This document shows, in pieces, positions 60,676-64,000 of a DNA stretch of 64,000 nucleotides. The stretch is from Octopus sinensis (Eukaryota), in the NCBI RefSeq assembly GCF_006345805.1, contig NC_042997.1, positions 53,320,001 through 53,384,000 on the forward strand. The letters run 5' to 3'. Position 1 is the first letter of the stretch. Each line of letters starts with the position of its first letter. Below the pieces are notes generated by a model. The model was not told the origin of the DNA. It was given only the letters and a program-made list of their open reading frames with translations, and searched no databases. The translations under genes were made by a program, and so were the position numbers.

Positions 60676-61222
60676 TCATTGCACAACCTGCTAGAAATAG
60701 CAGCTAAATCTCTCTCAAACTAGATGCATCATATAATAAGGAAAGATACATACGATAATGTGGTCTTAATTACTCCTAAACAGATGGAATGGTTTTAGTC
60801 GCTGGTCTACTCAAGTGGGATTGACAGAGCTCTAAAAACACAACTGATGCCTAAGTAGTTACATATTCACAGGACCACTTTATCTACATTGAGTGGGTGT
60901 TTAACAGAACAAAAATAAAACAAACAAAAAAGATAAATATAAATGTTTGTTGAATCACCCCTAACTCCAACAGTGAATGTCAGTTGTAGAAGCTAAATGC
61001 CTGTCAAACAATATAAATCATGATAAAATTTCTGACATCTATTTACAGTGGAGAAATATCACAAACATACTTCCTTTTGAAATTATTACTGAAAATAAAC
61101 ACAGACCTACACTTTTACAAAGTAAATTAATTCCTGTTTACATTATACTTTCTAATTGATAAATGCTCTATAAACAACGGAATATCAGAAGACTCTGTAA
61201 TGCATTATATTTGCTATCATTA

Positions 61223-61532
61223 TCTTTTATATATATAAACGGCAGTTTGTCTGTCAGGTTGTACCCTCACCCTGACCACGGCTTTCAACCGATTCTGATG
61301 AAACTTGACACATACATAGCCCAATGTCATAATTCAAAACTAACGCAGCGAAAATTTTGAAAATTTCCCCCAGTTCTGAAAAAAATCGATAAATTCGAAT
61401 GGGGTCGAGAATCTAAGCTTTTTATATGCATTTTTAATGCATTTTTTTGCTATTTGTTGACTATAACTCTCTAAAAATGCTTATATAGTTATTTCCCTTA
61501 CAAACCCGAGCAACGCCGGGCGATACTGCTAG
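61223..61532 (+). mobile_element. Non-autonomous Helitron-like element
   Basis: A|TC 5' end; ...cccgagcaacgccggg...CTAG|T 3' end. Confidence 0.8.
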
Positions 61533-64000
61533 TTTATAAATAAAACAAGAATTCAAAGGAGGACATCTTCCAAAATGAGTAAAACCATTTGGAATCATAA
61601 TGATATTTATGATTTAATCATAGACATAACCAAGATTTTACAGGAGACACTAACAATATTTTGATTTACTCAATTTCTTATGGTCCATGGTTTCAATAAT
61701 AGTAAATTAAAGTAAAAAAAAAAAAAGCTTCTAACTGCTTTCTTTTTCTCTTTTTGTTGATACTTTTGTTGTATCTAGGGAGGGTCATTATGCCAATATA
61801 ATTAACACACACACTGGTTCAATTCCACTCCTTTATTATTTAGTGAATTGGTTAAATTTGCAACTAATATATTGTTTGTTTAATTTGGTTAAACACATGG
61901 CATTTGTTTTGTTTTTGTTTGTCAAAATGCTTTCATGACTTTCTCATTTGTCTGCTTGAGACCTTGTTGTGTGTGTACGTGCTTGTGTATGTATGTAAGT
62001 AAGTATGCATCTATGCATTTTGTATATTCATGTGTCTATGTGTGTGTGCATGTATATATGTGTACTTCCTTTGTGGGCGTCCTTGAATGTGTCTATGTAT
62101 AGGAGTTTGCGTGTGTATGCATGTGTGCCTATACATGACTGTGTATGCATGTGTGGAGTGTGTGTGTGTGTGTTTCTGTCTCCTTGTATATGTGTGTGCT
62201 TTTGTATATGTCTGTATGTGCATGTATTAGTACTACATATGTACCTACCGATTTATCTACCTATCTTAATTTGTTGACTTTGTTTATTTTTCTATGAATA
62301 TCATACTGTTTGAGATGGTCGAACATATGCCTTCTTCAAAAACTAACAAAAATATCAATCTTGAATGAATAAATCAATCTTTTAATCAGTAAACTTTTGA
62401 TAGCAGAGAAAATGTCTATGGCATTTAATTCAGTCCTCTTATGCTCTGAGTTCAAAATCACCAGGGGATCAACTTTGCCTTTCAATCTTTCAGGGTTGAT
62501 AAAATGAAGTACCAGTCAGTCACTGGGGTCACTTTTATAGATTGGTACCATTGTTTTCTGAGCTCCTTCATGCAAGTGCCTACAGCTGAGAATCTTCAGA
62601 AAATCTTTTCAATGCTGTTTGTATTTGAAAGGTGGGTGAAACTCCAATGGCAATGTATTCCTCTGAGGAACAACAACCAGCATTATGACTAACTTTGAAA
62701 GACCAGCCTATAACAACAGGCTAATGTCACACACATCCTTGAATTAGTGAGATATGTGGGGTAATGTTTGTTGCAAGTGCAATGAGTTGTCGACAATGAT
62801 GATCAACAAACTTTTCCTATTTTCATGTTTTTGACAACAAGCCCACGTGAGACTATTTTTACCTTTATGATACAAACATCCCATTTTGAAGTGATATAAA
62901 TTAAAATCTTCCATAAAAATTTTATACTAATTTATGTTCCAAACATCAGCTTATTAATGGCAGAGTTATTTTACTAAATTCTATATTTTTTTGACAATTA
63001 ATTGAAATGATGATTGTTGATTAAGAAAAATATGGCAACAAATAGGTTAAAGAACTTGGTACTTCACTATTTTTATTTAAAACTGAACATTAAAAAAATG
63101 CTTCTGCAAATTTAAATAGGCCCAGAATGTTTACTTTATAAATTTGAGAAATTAATTATGGCTAATATAACTGATATAAAAGAAGTTATACAAGGTTTAG
63201 TGTATTGTTTTTTGAAAAAGCTAAAGTCTTTTTCACATTAACCCATTTCGTATATCAATCTTCTTGAGATTACTTCTGGTTTCATTATCTAGAATCTCTC
63301 TAATATATAAAAGTATTTCATGAATTCTTTCCACGTTATTTACAAAATGAATTGAAACCAACAGCTTATTTTATGACAAATTTAGTTACAGGAGTCAAAT
63401 ATGCTATAATTAAAAATATTTCTCTGTAAGTTACACCAGGAAAAAAAAAATTTAATCCATAAAGATTTCCTTCTTGAAATATTTGTTGCTCAAGATGCAG
63501 GATATTTTCAAGGAGAAAATCATTACTATTTTGTACATATGGCTATTAATTTGTATGAGATTTAACAAAAGTCTTGGTTCTCTCATAATTTATACAAAAG
63601 TAAGAAATATCTGTTTGACACTATATTTAGCTAGACAGTTCCTTTTGATCTTAGCAACAGTTTTCTGTTATCGTAACCTACATTACATGGACATATGGAA
63701 CAACAGTTTTTCATATTAAAATTAATGTAAAAGGTTTCAGCTTCCTTTGTGTTATTTCCCAAATGATGGACTTTGCCCATCACAATCTCAGTTATAGTAG
63801 AAACCAGTCTGCTTAGTATTAGATATTTGGTGGAAGTATGTGCATGAATAGAAAAGGAATTTTAGGAAAATAGGTTTCATGAAAATAGTCTGAAAAAAAT
63901 TTCTATTAGCACAATCTAAATTTTCTGACAAAATGTATGTTGAAAGTGTGAACAATACAGAAAGCTATTTCTTTCAACCACTAAAGCTAAGATAAAATGA

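Overview
AT-rich, repeat-dense eukaryotic DNA whose SINE, RTE and microsatellite content points to an octopus (coleoid cephalopod) genome; this is inference, not a database result. Two spliced genes converge. (1) On the + strand are the last four exons (2458-7360) of a single-pass membrane protein with an extracellular peritrophin-A/CBM14 chitin-binding domain and a Tyr-rich tail; its 5' exons were not identified. (2) On the - strand is a complete 16-exon EOGT coding sequence (55821->22146, 517 aa, ending KTEL), including a 28-nt microexon. The rest is layered mobile DNA: an IR/DR Tc1 element nested in a decayed hAT transposase, several mariner relics (one with a nested TTAA MITE), Helitron-like elements, RTE LINEs with a PHD finger, a Penelope GIY-YIG fragment, tRNA-derived SINEs and a HERO-type LINE 3' end. 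The most notable signal is in that HERO-type 3' UTR (53982-54095): all three hammerhead ribozyme core strands appear in a permuted, multiply pseudoknotted order. A minimal Penelope-type hammerhead also sits at 14089-14122. All structures were assigned by eye and none were computed.
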